A DNA stretch of 64,000 bases from Spironucleus salmonicida (GCF_000497125.1 NC_090598.1:1736001-1800000), one strand, 5' to 3'. Positions 26,512 to 41,665 are shown, counted from the stretch's first letter. The notes: generated by a model from the sequence alone, not told the origin. Made by a program: numbers and translations.

Positions 26512-27585
26512 ATGTAATATCTAGACTTTTATTTGAAAACCTGCAATTTTAAAGGCATTTAACCATATTATAAGTTTATATCATAATTATAATAATATAA
26601 TTAGCATTTAGAAATTGATTTATTTTAGATTCCAATATTTTAAACACTATAAAAAATGAAACCCGATTCTATAGTGATAACATAAATACTTATTGTATAA
26701 GAACTTTTAGACATATTTCCAGACACGTTATGCTAAATTAAAATTCATTCTTGCTCACTTACAATTAGCCCTAAACTGCTTTAAGGTTTATTTTATAAAC
26801 TTCAAAAAATCAGACAATTAACTATACTTTCATGCTAATTATCAGATAATTTTTTTATTGAATTGGCAAAAACTAAAATTTAATTACATTTTATTTCTAT
26901 TAATTCAGGATAAATTACACTAAAAGGAGTTAAAGCACTAGTTAGATATCTAGAAAACCTTGATAGCACTATTCATTTGCATTTAGAACGAATTAATTTA
27001 ACGGATAATGTGAAATAGTATTTAATTTAACAGACCAGGCAATGTTAAAACATTATTTATTTTTCTTTTAATAATACTATTGTAAAGAATGAGTAAGAAA
27101 TTGAACCTGTTGTGTAGTAGAGCGAAAAATTACCATTACCTGTTTAAAGTTTTCCAGATAACTTAATAAAGCAGTAAGTAGATAATATCGAGATGTTTCT
27201 GCAATAGTATTTAAAGCAATATGAAATAGAATTTAATATTAAATATTCGATGTACCATACTTAAACCTTATTATTTTAAAAAGTATAAGAGCAAGTAAAA
27301 AAATTATGCAGTAGTTATTAACAAGACTAGTAATAATTTATAGGGCAGCTTGAGTCCAATATAAATAATTTAATTCTATAAAATGAGCATGTATAGTAAC
27401 AAAAAAATAATAATTTATAATAATTAAAATCAGAAAAATAAAGATTAGAATTATAAAAATAATCATAGCTACAGTATATAGATCAGTTAACATAAAATAA
27501 TTATACTTCTGTTGATATTTAGTTAATAAAATAGAGAATTAATAAAATAAAATAGCAAATAAAAAACTTATAAAAATAAAAGTGA
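26512..27585 (+). CDS. degenerate LRR plus coiled-coil protein (357 aa)
   Basis: LDFYLKTCNFKGIQP start, RI-like repeat GQITLKGVKALVRYL, Q/K-rich coiled-coil tail. Confidence 0.72.
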
Positions 27586-27589
27586 GTTA

Positions 27590-28267
27590 TCATTATTCTT
27601 AAGTTTTTAGTCTCATTTCTTTTTTTTATTTGTGCAGCAATTCTTTTTGTTCCTTGGCAAGTTAAAGTTTAACATAATCTAGTTAAAATCCAAATAAATA
27701 ATTTCCACAATACATGTCTTTTATTCCTTCCTATGATGCAAATTATTTTTCTAATTCTACAAACCTAATAAAAAGTAATTATGCTATATCAACTCCAAAG
27801 AATGCACCATCTACAGGATTTTACCCATGGAAATGATATGTATCATTGCATTTAACACAATATACTGCAAAAGGTGAAATACCTGGAGTATTATCTAGAC
27901 CTACTGGTACCACTTAACAATTACAACCATCAGTAGGGCATTTTCCATAGACATTTGATTAAACTAGTTTATAAAATTGTTTCAATCCTTCTTCTGTTTG
28001 TATATATCTTTTATGTATGAGACCATACAATATCAATGGTTCCATTGTTGAAATTAGCTATTAATTCTTATGTAACACTGCATTTTTTAGACTACTTAGA
28101 ACCTCTGGAAAATCAGTAAACAGTTTTTACAGATCTGTGTGGTTGAATGGATCCGCTACATATTCATATGGAACCTCTATTAAATACTCAGATTAGATGT
28201 TTTATATTTGAAGGTCAGATGTTCCAGAAGAACTAATCTCTTAAGATGAATGTTGGTTATATGCCAT
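27590..28267 (-). CDS. CSNK2B: casein kinase II regulatory (beta) subunit
   Basis: EVPYEYVADPFNHTDL, LYGLIHKRYI, YGKCPTDGC...PVGL...YCVKCNDTY, VDGAFFG. Confidence 0.93.
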
Positions 28268-28320
28268 TCTAATAAAGTGTAATATAGTAGATATATTATA
28301 TAATATATTTAAATCACTAT

Positions 28321-29505
<1,185 letters not shown>

Positions 29506-29701
29506 TTAGAATTTAGAAATAAATTAACTTATTTAAATATATTATAAAAGTAAAATTATTTTTATAAGTAATTTTTAAAACATGACTGGTTAATCATCCA
29601 ACCTTTATTTTTATTTAAAATCTATTTGATATGAAAATCAGACTAAGTTTTGTGATAGAATTAATAAAATTTCAGAAAAAAAGCAAATTAATAATGATTT
29701 T

Positions 29702-31114
29702 TCACTAAGCGGAATAAATAAACAAATTTGAAACTGTTGCAACAGCCATAACATTTTCAGCAGGACTCCAATCTAAAAATTAAATTTTCTTCCTAATATC
29801 AGTAGGATCTAATGCTAAATTTTCATAAACCACTTTACCTTATTCATAGATTGGTAGACCACCAACACTAGGACTAGGACTTGCCTTTTGACCCAAATGG
29901 GTCTAAATTGCACGAGTTCTTCTTCTTACTTATCTCGTTGCCTAAATATTATACCCTGTGATACTTTGAGGATTTTTAGCATTAAATATATTAAACCTAT
30001 CTGTATAACTACCCGTTGCAAACATAGTACAATCATTATTGAAAACTACATCATTTCTATCAAAAATTGCCTCAGAATCTAACAACTTTTGGGCGAAGTC
30101 TTTGACAAATGGATGCTATGGGATTATATTAAGAGGTCGGTTTTCCATTCTAATATCCCAAAGCCTAACTGATAGCAAATCTCTTGCTATTATTAAATTA
30201 CCTTATTTTGCCATATGAACTGATGATATACCAGCAGCAATATCTGCTTGTTAACTTACCTGGCCAAAAATATGATACGGCAAATCCGCAGTTGACTGTA
30301 AAGGGTTAGCAAAATTCCTACAAACTCTATCACAAATAGCAGAAATACGAGTATCAGCCAAACACACACCTCCATGTGATGTACCAAAAACAAAAACTGC
30401 AGAGTTTGTAGGAGAATAATCTGCATATGTAATAACTTCTGAAACCTCATCCAGTTTTGGAGGCTTTAAATCTACTACAGTTATTGCTTCGTTAACATTA
30501 TTGAGTGACCAAACTGCAATTTTAAGATCATCAGATATCAGAAATTAGTCAGAGTCATGAGATATAGCAACTGCATTGATATGATAATTTGTAACATTAT
30601 CAAAAAGTTTTTTCTAAGTACAAATAGGTTAGAATTCATCTACATTTACTACTTTTGGTAGTAATAAATTATTAGCATCATCAAGTTTTGATTTATTATT
30701 CCCATACTTAGACATATTGTTCGACGCAACTCTCTATACTCTTTTATTTTCTATTTTCCAAACTTTAACAGATCTTTCATTTGATGTCAATAAAAATAGC
30801 GATTTAGAGGTTTAAGGTAACCATTATAGCTAAATAACTCGTTCAGAAACTGAAACAGATCTAAGAGCATCAAAACCTTAAACGTGTGCTTGAAACTCAG
30901 AATAAAACTGATATTCAATAGTTGGACGCCCTGCAGCATTAATCGCCTGATGGCGTTCAAAAACTATTACTCTACCACCTCGGTCGCCTGCCGCCAGGAA
31001 AGAGCCATCATGATTAAATTTTAAGCAGGATATCATATCAGTTTCCTAAACCTGTTCAATCGGAGCCACATCTCCAAAAACCTACCGAAAATTCCAATCT
31101 AACGAATTTGACAT
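29702..31114 (-). CDS. PPP2R2: PP2A regulatory subunit B/B55 (PR55)
   Basis: WNFRQVFG, DMISCLKFNHDGSFLAAGDRGGRVIVF, EFQAH, TSNERSVKVWK, ISDDLKIAVW, DLKPPKLDEVSEVIT, ARDLLSVRLWD. Confidence 0.95.
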
Positions 31115-31219
31115 TATTGATCGAAGTGGAGCGTATATATAATGAGTAGTACAGTATATAAAAATATGCTTTTAGTTATTGTAAAATAAATTTAATTATA
31201 TATAGGTTATATTTATTAA

Positions 31220-32506
31220 ATGAAAATGCCATATATTGAATTAATAAAAGAGCGTGAAAATGCATACGAGAATGTTAAAAATTAGTTAATCAGCTCATAA
31301 TAAATCCCGAAATATGGATACTCTCAACATATTATTTAATAGCTTCTATTTTATTTTTCTTCTGCTGATTTTAATAATCATTAGTCATCAGGAGCTGGAG
31401 AAAGAGAAGGTAGAGTATTTTCATCTTTAGTGTAATAACGACATTATGGATTTTCTCATGGAATAGGGAGATCTGGGGATCTTCTTGAAGATTAACCTAA
31501 AGCAGCTGGTAGTAGCCTGTTGCATAGGATAACCAGAAATCTTGCATGTCATGCATTGTAAAAATGTGGGTTTTAAGCAAAAGATACACTTATTACTCCA
31601 TTTTGTGTAGGTATGAGCATAAATTATATCATTTAACATTTAAAATTAAAAACTATAGCCTGGATAAGAATGGATTAAAAAAGTGTTCCAAAGGCGATTT
31701 AATTATCTGGAGCGAAAATAATAGTAATAAATACTATAGCTAAAAATAATTATGTAATTGGTGACTATAATTAGCTAGAGTTAATAATTAATGATGTTGA
31801 TTGTGTAATTTCGACAACAAGTTGCTTTTCGCCTAGAGTACCAGATAACATGTAGTAAATTTGTTAGATAGTTGGGAAAAATAAGAAATATCATATTGTA
31901 AATAATGCATATGGTATACATTCTGAAATAATGCATTAGTTAAATAAATATCCATCTATTAATTTTGTTGTGTCTTCTTTAGATAAGAATTTTATGATTC
32001 CAGTTTCTGGTTGCCTTATTTATAGTAAATATAAATAATAAATACAAGACTTGGGCAAGTCATATGCTGGAAGGGCATCTGGCTCATAAATAATTGATTT
32101 ATTCATTACATTACTAGAATTAGGATAAATGGGAATTGCTTAATTGCAAAAATAACGTAGAAATATTTTTGAATTATTTGTAAATGAATTATAAAAAATA
32201 CCCCAAATTGTTGTTACCACAATTCCAGATAATGATATATCATTTTATTTTTACTTTACTGATTAATCTAAATATGAGGCTAAAAAGATATCATCAGAAT
32301 TATTTAGAAGCGGAATTTCAGGATCTAAAGCTTTAATTAAAGGCAAAACTGAATTTTTTTAAACATTTATATTAGAGGATTTTGGGAGAGGTGGTGTGCA
32401 TGATTTTCCTGACTATATTACATGTGCTGCTAGTATTGGCATGTAATAAACTGAGGTCTATAATTATATTAAAAAATTAAAATAAATTATTTCTTCAGTT
32501 TAATGA
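31220..32506 (+). CDS. SEPSECS: O-phosphoseryl-tRNA(Sec) selenium transferase (SepSecS)
   Basis: GAGEREGRVFSSLV, HGIGRSGDL..QPKAAGSS, RMDQKS, TTSCFSPRVPD, HIVNNAYG, SLDKNFMIPVSG, YAGRAS. Confidence 0.95.
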
Positions 32507-32548
32507 TAAAATTATAATTTATATACGATATATTATGTATTTGTAAAA

Positions 32549-35500
32549 ATGGAAAGCAAACCGCAAACATTATTAACTGAAATATAGGAATAGCAGGAAT
32601 TATCTTCAGTAACTGAACCTGTCTTATTTTAGTCTTAACTAATGCATATGAACAATTTATCTAAAGAATTAATCGGGGATACATTCTCACAAATATAATA
32701 AAGAATATCTAATTTTACTGAAAGGGTATTCTTATAGATAAAAAATGGAATCTAATAGAGGCCAATGTATGTTTTATTTGAGTAACAGCTTCAATGTGAC
32801 GTAGAAACAGATCATTTATCACCAAAATCAGTTTTACCAATATTTTAACCTTTATTGGATGAAGCAATGCGAAAAATGTCAATATTAGATTTATCCTACA
32901 TTAAACTTGAAATTATTGAGGTTATGGATAAAATATTATAGTCTGAAATTGAGGTAAAATATTAAGTAAGCTAAAACTGTTTTTTCTAAAAATCGAAAAT
33001 AGATGCACTTGAATAAATGATATAATTTTTAGAATAGCTTATTGTTAACATTGCTAAAGAAAAAAATGGAATGACAATAGATAAGGTAAAATTACTACTA
33101 GAAGTAATAGAATAAACAAAGAAGAAGTTAAAAATAGGAACACTATATAAGCCTGATCATAGAGGTATTACTTTGGATGAAATTGTAAGTAACGCTTAAG
33201 AAAGTGATTCCACCTAAAAATTAGCTATTGATGATTCAAGAAAAAAGATAGAGTAAAAAAATAACGAGATCATATAGTTAAATATTTAATTAAATAAATT
33301 ATAGTAGGAGCATTTAAATATAAAAAATAAATATAAAGAATTTGATTAAATTAAATAATAGCTTTCGAATGCATTAATAGAGATTGAAACTTTATAAAAA
33401 TAACTGTAAAAATAATTAAAAAATAATAAGACAACGATTGAACTTTAATTATAGTAGGATAATAAAGATATCACCAATTCTACTATAGTTTTAGCTAATG
33501 AGTATTCTGATTAGAATATTTAAATATTAGAGGAAGAAAATACATTATTAAAATAAGAAATTGAAAAACTTAAGAAGTAATTATATTAAAGTAGTAAATA
33601 TAATGCTGAAATTGTTGAAAAATTAACTTAAGAAAATATTGATTTAAGCCTTATTCAAAGTAACCCATCATCAAAACCAGTCTCGCGAGGAAGTAGAGCA
33701 AGATCATCTTCAAAATATTAAGGCAGGGATCAAGAGACTAAATTCTTACAGTAAGTAGATATTGATCAAAAAGTTGCTACAAAATTATTACATTATATTA
33801 CAGGTTTTGATTTTAATGTAGATGACACTGTTTCAATTTAAAAACAAATTATAGATCTTAATTTATCAGACAGTTTAATTTAAAAAACACGATATTTATG
33901 TTAAAAGCAGCCAGAATACGTTACAGAAAATACATAAACTAGGAATATAGAAACTTGTATCTAAAATGAAGATCCTGCATAAAATTAAATATAATCAAAT
34001 ATTGTAGTATAAGATAGAAAATAGCCTTAAAATACGAAAAATTCTATAACAAATAATGTAGTTAGTTGCGATAAATAAGATAGTCAATAAAACTTGAAAT
34101 GTCAGCAAAGTAATTAACAGTTAATCTCGCAAAACAGGGTAAGCAGATAAAAATTAGAAGCAACTTCTGAAAATAGTGGAAAATTATTTTAATAATATGA
34201 TTAAAATCTTAAAAAAATTTCTTAACATTATGATCCATAAATAAATTTAATTAGTAATGCCCAAGAAGTTATCACATCGTCAAGAAATCATTTATAAAGT
34301 ATCGTGGATAAATTTTGGGATAAAAGTATATAAACAGATTATTCTGAAGTTGGCCATCATACTTTAGATAATGGGGTGAAGGGATAGATATTATATTAAG
34401 AAGCATAAAAAATACTAAATTAAAATGACCTTACTAAGAATATTTTATCTAATACAGATAAACCTGTCGATATTTATGGGAAGCTTCATAGGAAAAATAA
34501 TTAACTTAGTTAGAAAAAATAATAGTTAGTTAATTAGGCTTAACTTGAAAATTAATTAGCATATGAAAAAATTCTCAAAGCCTATAGAATTCATAAAGAT
34601 TCATTTTTAGAAAACCAAGGCATCTAGTTTTAAATTTAATAATTAAACTAAAATGATTGTGAATATCTGGAAGGTGATTAAGAGCTTATCAGCACTCTAC
34701 ATTATTCTGATAATGAGGCTAAATAAAAAGAATTTTTAGACTCATCAATAATTCTTGAAGAATATTAGCATGGAGAGTATGCTAAAGTTGCCATATAATA
34801 AGCAAGAAAATCTTTAACTTTTATAGAACCATAAAGATAAATTGGAGTAACCGGGCATTTCAAGAGAAATTCACCTTAAATAAATACCTCTGATATATTT
34901 ATAGCCAATAGTCTAGATAGTATATAACGACCAAATTAATAAGAATATTAAAATAAAGTATAAATATCACCATTTATCTAAACTGAGAAAAATAACATAG
35001 AAGAACTTTCTAAATAAAATTTAGATTAACCAGGTCCATAGTTTGATGTTATGAATAAGAGTAAATATATGAGTTAGAAATCAAACCAATTAGAACATAG
35101 TTAATAGCTTACCACGCGCAATGTAATGAAATCCTAGTAGTCACAGATTACTAGTGAACCTTTAGTCTAAGGAGCATTACCAATTTCTAATATATCACGA
35201 AATAGTGGATTTAACCCAAATTTTTAATTATATTAAACAAAAGTGATGAGCAGCAACATGCCAAGCAGATCTTAATTAGAGCAAGATAGTTTTGGTCCTT
35301 TGGTTAGTTGCACAAAGATGTAATAAGAACCTATTTCTCTTAAGGCCGCTTAATTAGCTAAATTATAAATAGAATATTTAATTTAATAACATCAAAACTA
35401 AAAAGCTATTAATTCCGACTTACATATAGATTGTAAAAAATTAGGGAGTTAACAAGTACTTAAAGAATCTATTATAACTAACAACGAAAATTAAACTGAA

Positions 35501-35905
35501 ATCTTGGATATATAGTAATAAGATAATTTTATTAAACTACCATAATTTTAGAGAAAAGCTGTTAGCTAGTTAAACAAAAATTCTTAAATAAACTAGAAAA
35601 ATATATTGTAATTACCTTAATCTTAAAAATCAAATAATATCAAAGGAAATAAACTTTTCGCCGTCTAAAATGACTAAGATATTATTGTAAGTATCGAGAC
35701 AAATGATACAGTTTAAACAGAAAACTAAGGATTTAAAGGGCATACAATTAATAAAGTCTCTTTCTATTAAGATAACGGAAGACTATTAGACAGCGAATTA
35801 TTTGATGCTATATTTACTAATTAAGAAGATAAGTCGAAGATAAAAATATCATCATCAGACATTAAAAATTTATATTCAAAGACCAATGATATGACAATGA
35901 AGTGA
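32549..35905 (+). CDS. large coiled-coil/low-complexity protein (1118 aa)
   Basis: Long Q/N/S-rich code-6 frame (spot-checked); ends AGTGA. Confidence 0.78.
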
Positions 35906-35913
35906 TTTCTATT

Positions 35914-35922
35914 TCCACTCCA
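35914..35922 (+). promoter_or_regulatory. C-rich start-proximal motif TCCACTCCA
   Basis: 5 nt upstream of ATG 35928, inside a 22-nt intergenic gap. Confidence 0.55.
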
Positions 35923-35927
35923 TTTAA

Positions 35928-38444
35928 ATGAATTAATATTTTAGTCTTGTTGAATAATAGCTTTTAGAGGAGCTGATCTTACCAGTAAAAGATCAATGTA
36001 CAAAAGTATTTAATAAAATAATTATTATGCCTAACCTTTAATTTTTTACAAGTTAATTAACCAAGTTTTTATTTGAATAAAAAATTGAATAGAGATATTA
36101 TTGGTAACTATTAAAGAATATTATACTAAAAGACCCAAGTTCAGCTAATAATTTTTATCATTTTGATTTTGAAAATTTATATTCTCCCTTATTAGACAAT
36201 TATATTTTAACTATTTTAATAGCGTTTAAGAGAAATAAAGCTGATTTAAACTAAAAGCAGGTATATGCTATTAAAAAGTCAATTTTACTAAAAGATAAGT
36301 AAATTTAATTCAAAGATATTGATATTATTTCGAGAAATTTAATTATGTACAAGTAATTAGGTTACGATAATATTATTTTGGTTAATAAAAATATTGAACT
36401 ATTTCTATAATTATAATAGTTTTAAAGTAATAATATCAATTTATTAAATAATTTAGTTCAATAAATTGATAACTCGTAGTTTTTATAATTAAAATAAGTC
36501 AAAAATATTCTTAATCAAGCAAATAACGTATAGTTTGAATATTCATTTTATTATTTTCCTATTTAGTGTTAGTTATCTACTATTATATCAAAGTAAATGA
36601 TACGAGTTTTATTTTAGCTGTATGATATACGTAGAGATACAACTGAAATTAAAAAAGCTTTTACTCATATCGCATAAAAAATTCAGTTAAACTAGTAACT
36701 CAAACAATATTTTATTGAACTTGTGTTGCATTATTAATCCAGTTCTATTTAGTAAATTTTATATTTCATCAAGCATATATTTCCACTTTGGAATAATGAA
36801 GATTTACGTTTGATTTTAGATAATATTAATCATGATTCTTAATTGTTTCTATACATTTAAGCTATTTTTTCTTCTACCTAGTTTTAATTAGTGTAACCAG
36901 TATATTTATTAGATAATAAACAGTTTTAATATTACTTTTATTTACTTTGTTATTTCAAAAAATGGAATCTTTGTTAGCTGGATATCTATAAGAGACTTAT
37001 AAGTGTAGAGGAATTTGATTATTGCTGCTAGTAATTATTTGATAACATAAAATATCTTGATTTATAAACATTAATGTAGTTAGAACCAAATCAAAGATTT
37101 TATTATATATAGTTGTTAAAAGACTAATAATAGTTAATTGAGATAGGGCATGATCTTTTAAACGTTAATTGCTATAATTTTTTAAAAGTATCAACTTAGC
37201 TATTAGTAAGATTAGATACTCTTCATTTGTAATAACTATTTACGTATTATCTGCTAAATTTTGATCCATAATTAGACTCTCATCATAGATGTATTAATTT
37301 ATCAAGGTTTATTTTTAAGATTGCATAATAGTTACAGATAGAGAATTACGTATTTCTAGGTGTGTAATGCCCATCTTAAGTCTCACATTTTGTTTAAAAA
37401 GCTTTTAATTTTAAAAACTTAGATATGATCCTAAAATCCATATTCGTTGTTTAGTAGTTGTAATAAATTCCATAATCATTAGATTATACTGCGATTGTTT
37501 CATTTTATTATACACAGTCTGTTATTCAGCGTCCAGAATCGTCAGATAATTTAGATGACTTTATTCCGGATATTCCTAACTTTTCGTATGATGCTGAAAA
37601 TATCAATGCCATCTTACCATTTTCCATATCTCCATCACTAACCGAACCAGCAATATAAAATTAAAATATAGTTGCATATTTTTTCCACTATCTTAAATCA
37701 ATTATTTAGCTTGAAATATCAGATGAACTTAATAGAAAATTTATTCTATACTTATTTACAGTTAAAATATATCCAACATTAACCTTTTTCTCATAATTTC
37801 TGAAACCATGTCCAGGATTAAAGAAAATAGTCAAAATAGCCTTATATAAAGATGGGTTTTCTCTTCGTCGAAAATCAGCTGTTGCGTAAAAGGTTTTTTC
37901 TCTAATATATACATAAAAAGAAATAGAAAATTTCTATGATTAAACATCAATCCAAATGGTAAATATTGCTGCATAATATACTCCTTATTAAGATATTACA
38001 TAGAATTTAGATTAATATTGGGTTCGGAGATGTGCATTTGCTGGAGCTTTAGCTACTAATTAAGATATTTAGTAAGATGTTTTTACAGATAAGAATATTC
38101 AATTAGAGTTTATATTTATACCAACTAAGATAACAGGGACAGTGGCTAAACTTATCATATTAAAGCATACAAAGATAAGTGTATAATATATCGACAAGGT
38201 TAATATTTTTTTATTAAATTGTTGTAATGAGTAAATTACATAGTGGGAATAGTGGTAGTTAGTAATTCTAGGTTGTTAGTGCCTGGTATTTTAGAATCCT
38301 ATTATTAAATATGAATAACTTAGAGCATTAATTAAATTAGATAGATAAAAGTGGTTTGATAAAGCTATTTATAAATTATGGGGATTGAGCTAATAATCAC
38401 TGGAATCTATGAATTCTAATTAATCTATTATTACTAGTTAATGA
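35928..38444 (+). CDS. alpha-helical (HEAT/ARM-like) protein (838 aa), weakly TELO2-like
   Basis: Long I/L/F/Q-rich helical frame with a central acidic linker (ESSDNLDDFIPD) and WVRRCAFAG near the C-terminus. Confidence 0.7.
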
Positions 38445-38450
38445 GAATAA

Positions 38451-38972
38451 TCACTTTATAGAATTTATAAAATTTTAAACAGTATAAATGTTACTAGATT
38501 ATCTTGTAATATTACTTTATTCACCAGATATTTTTTGGAATGAACATGGCTCAATTATGTCTTGTCTGTTGGATATCAATGAACAGTCTTATCCATTTTT
38601 TAAAATTAAAGGTTGATTTGTCTAAATTTATTGATTTTTAACCTTTTTTTTACTTTTACTTTTTTAAAAATTTACAGATTTTGATGTTTAGTTAGAATGA
38701 GTAGTATCTTGAATATTACTTTTTAGTAAACTATTTTCATTAATTAACGATTTATTCAGATATTATGATTCTTATAATTTTTGAAGCAGTTTTTAGTTAA
38801 GATCTACTAGTAAGGAGCTGTTGTTTTTGTCGTTCATTGTTTTTGTTAATGAATTATTTTATTCTTACAGTTAACTAATTTAGCTTTTATATTTAAGTAT
38901 AATTTCGTTATATTAGTCTTCAAGGAGTTATCTTTGCATAGAAAGCATATGTTAAGCTTATTTATCATTCAT
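38451..38972 (-). CDS. coiled-coil hypothetical protein (173 aa)
   Basis: MNDKQAQHMLSMQRQLLEDQY...; ends AGTGA; in-frame upstream ATG at 39059. Confidence 0.68.
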
Positions 38973-39165
38973 TTTTATTGCTTGATTGTAGATTACTTGA
39001 TATGATATGTATTTAAACTATTTATATTTTTATAATTAATAATGAATGTTTAAATACATAATATTTACTATATAATGTTTTATATTATTAGAAAACAAAT
39101 CAAATTATCATACTACATTAATATATACTTAAAATAATAATATATATTATCACTTCCATTACTAA

Positions 39166-40842
39166 ATGACATCCGTTGATTAGTAAAAAGCGTTGAATGC
39201 TCGCCTGGAATTCAAATAGTAATTGGACGCTATTCCAAAAATGAAACCTATTAAGCTTATTCTCCTTGTAGGATGGTCTCTAGCAATGTCTGCCTTAGAT
39301 AATACAATTGTTAATATTGCCAACCCATAAATTTAGATTGACAGTCATTTTGTTCCACATGGCTCCCAAATACCTTAATCCACATTATAATGGATCAATG
39401 ATATTTATTCAGTGGCTTTTGCCTCTTTTGCTATTCCTGCATCAAAAATTGGTGATAGATTTGGAGTGACCATTGTTCATAGATGGGGTGTTTGTGGATT
39501 TGTTATTTGCTCAGTTTTTTGTGGTATTTCAAGATTTATTTCTTATGAAATTACTCCATGGGAATATGGCGGATTTTATGTTTTGATTTTTGTTAGATTC
39601 TTTTAAGGAATTTTTGCTGCCTTTTTAATGGCTAATTCAATGACACTGTGTGGTATTCTTGTTAGTCAATAAGATATTCCTAAATCTATGGCTATGAATA
39701 GTTTAGCTTTTGCTGCAGCTACTGCACTAGGCCCTCCGTTAGGAGGTATACTTACTGATTATGCTGGTTGGGAATGGTGCTTTTTTATTAATTTGTTTAT
39801 TGGAATTATCAGTGTTGCTCTGTGTTGGAAATATTTACCTGTCACACCAAAATTTCTAGAAGCCAAGTTGGATTGGTTTGGAGGAGTTATTGTTCTTGTA
39901 GGTTTAATGATTATGATATTTGGATTTACATACATTCCTCCTGAAAAGGGTGCTATCCCCGTTGGAATTATTAGTACTCTAGCTGGATTCGGTATAATTG
40001 CAGCATTCGTATTCTGGGAAACTGTTCATCCATATGCAATTTTACCTAAGTAATTGCTTTTCAATAAAAAGATCATGTATTCTTTATTTGCTGGTTTCTT
40101 TAATTTTGCTTTGATTGTAACTGTTTCATTCTAGCTTCCATTTGCTCTATAATCTATTCATGGTTATTCACCAACTGTCGTGGGATTGGTTAGTTTGGTT
40201 AACCCTATATTCTAAGTATTAAGTGCATTTGTCGGTAACTGGTTAGCTAAAAAAGTTACTAGCTATATAGTTAAATTAGTTTCTAGTATCATAATTGCAT
40301 CATTTGTTATTATGTTGGGATTTATTATTCAATATTCTATTGTCTATATTGTCATTAATAATTGTTTCTTTTCATTTTTCTTAGGTGTTTTCTTTGTATC
40401 TAATAATTAATTTATGATGTAAATTGCTACACCAGATATTCGTGGCATGATTGGTGGTTGTATTTAGGCATTCAGAGAGACTGGGTACGCTGTAGGTATC
40501 GCTTTTGTTAATTTAATTCATGATTTGGCAATGTCTCATAATTGGGGCACTAAGCCTATACCGAATAGAGACGACGATAATTTTTAGGATTACAGCAAAG
40601 CTTATTATAGCGCATTTTGCACCACTGATATTGCTATGAGCTTTGTGGCTATTTTAGCAATGGGATTCGGTATTCTTAGCGGAACTAATTAGCACGAGAG
40701 CAAGCTTTGGGGATATCCTAAGAGACTTTTGGTAAACGAATAGCAGGAGCAGCAGCCGTTGATTGAGGAGGGAAACGCCTAAGAGCAGCCTGTTGAAGAA
40801 AATAGTAAAAAGAATAGCTTCTCAGAGACATCTGACGCCTGA
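39166..40842 (+). CDS. MFS transporter, DHA2 (EmrB/QacA-like) family (558 aa)
   Basis: SALDNTIVNIATP, QWINDIY, KIGDRFG, LGPPLGGILTDYAGWEWCFFIN, LDWFG. Confidence 0.92.
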
Positions 40843-40857
40843 ATGATATTTTTAAAA

Positions 40858-41538
40858 TCACACTGCCTGCATTTGCCGCAACACTCCTAACTCGATATCC
40901 TACAGCCCGCAGTAATTCGACTCCAGCACCTCCGAAACGTCATTCCCGCTCATTATCGCGGCTTCCAAGTACTCCCCCGCTCCCACCCCGCAGCTGTCCA
41001 GCCTGTCGAGACCTCTGAACCAGTGCCTGCTTTTTGCGAGTTTTAGCAGCACTGCCGCAGTAATTTACGGCGGCAAAACGCACATTTCCAGCTCCATCGC
41101 CAGGAAAATCAACCGAACGGCTGACCACTCGAATCGGTCCGAAAGGATGCGCACCGCTGCATTTTGCGCACATCCCGAGAGCCGCACTGCGCTTTTATTC
41201 AGCAGCGAAATCGCGAGCTCGACTGGCGCAATCTGCGCTGACTGCAGCGCGTAAATGTTGAACTGGAAGTGCGTCTCGGAGGGCGCGAAGTGGTAGTGCG
41301 AGACCGCAAAATTCAGAAAAAATGCGAACTTCGGGGCGTGGAAAATTCCGATTTCTGCAAAATTAATCGCGGCTATCATCTGAAGAAAGCGTGATTTCTG
41401 CGCTGCGAGCTGCTGGAGCGCATCCAGCTGTGTTTCGGGGCTTAGGGAAGCAAAGCTGAGTGCATCAAATTCTGATTCTTTGAAGTGGAATGCATTTTAG
41501 GTTGTTTTTTGGTGCAAAAAGATTGTTCGCGAGCTCAT
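40858..41538 (-). CDS. hypothetical protein (226 aa) lying inside a GC-rich island
   Basis: Code-6 extension of track ORF 41065..41379 from MSSRTIFLHQ to LRQMQAV-TGA. Confidence 0.72.
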
Positions 41539-41665
41539 TTTAAAAAGAAGCTAGAATGTATAATGTTCATATTAAGATATAAAATTAAAATAAAATTTTA
41601 TCGATAAAATGGCGAATTTCAATATTGCATAGAAGTATGGCATACAGGTTAAAGATAATATGAAA

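Noticed and set aside
29506-29701. Possible snoRNA in the 196-nt CDKL-B55 spacer
   Set aside because: No properly arranged C/D or H/ACA boxes; may simply be the B55 3'UTR.
40858-41540. Transposon or contaminant explanation for the GC island
   Set aside because: No terminal repeats, target-site duplication or transposase; the ORF uses the host code and the GC gradient starts inside the neighbouring gene.
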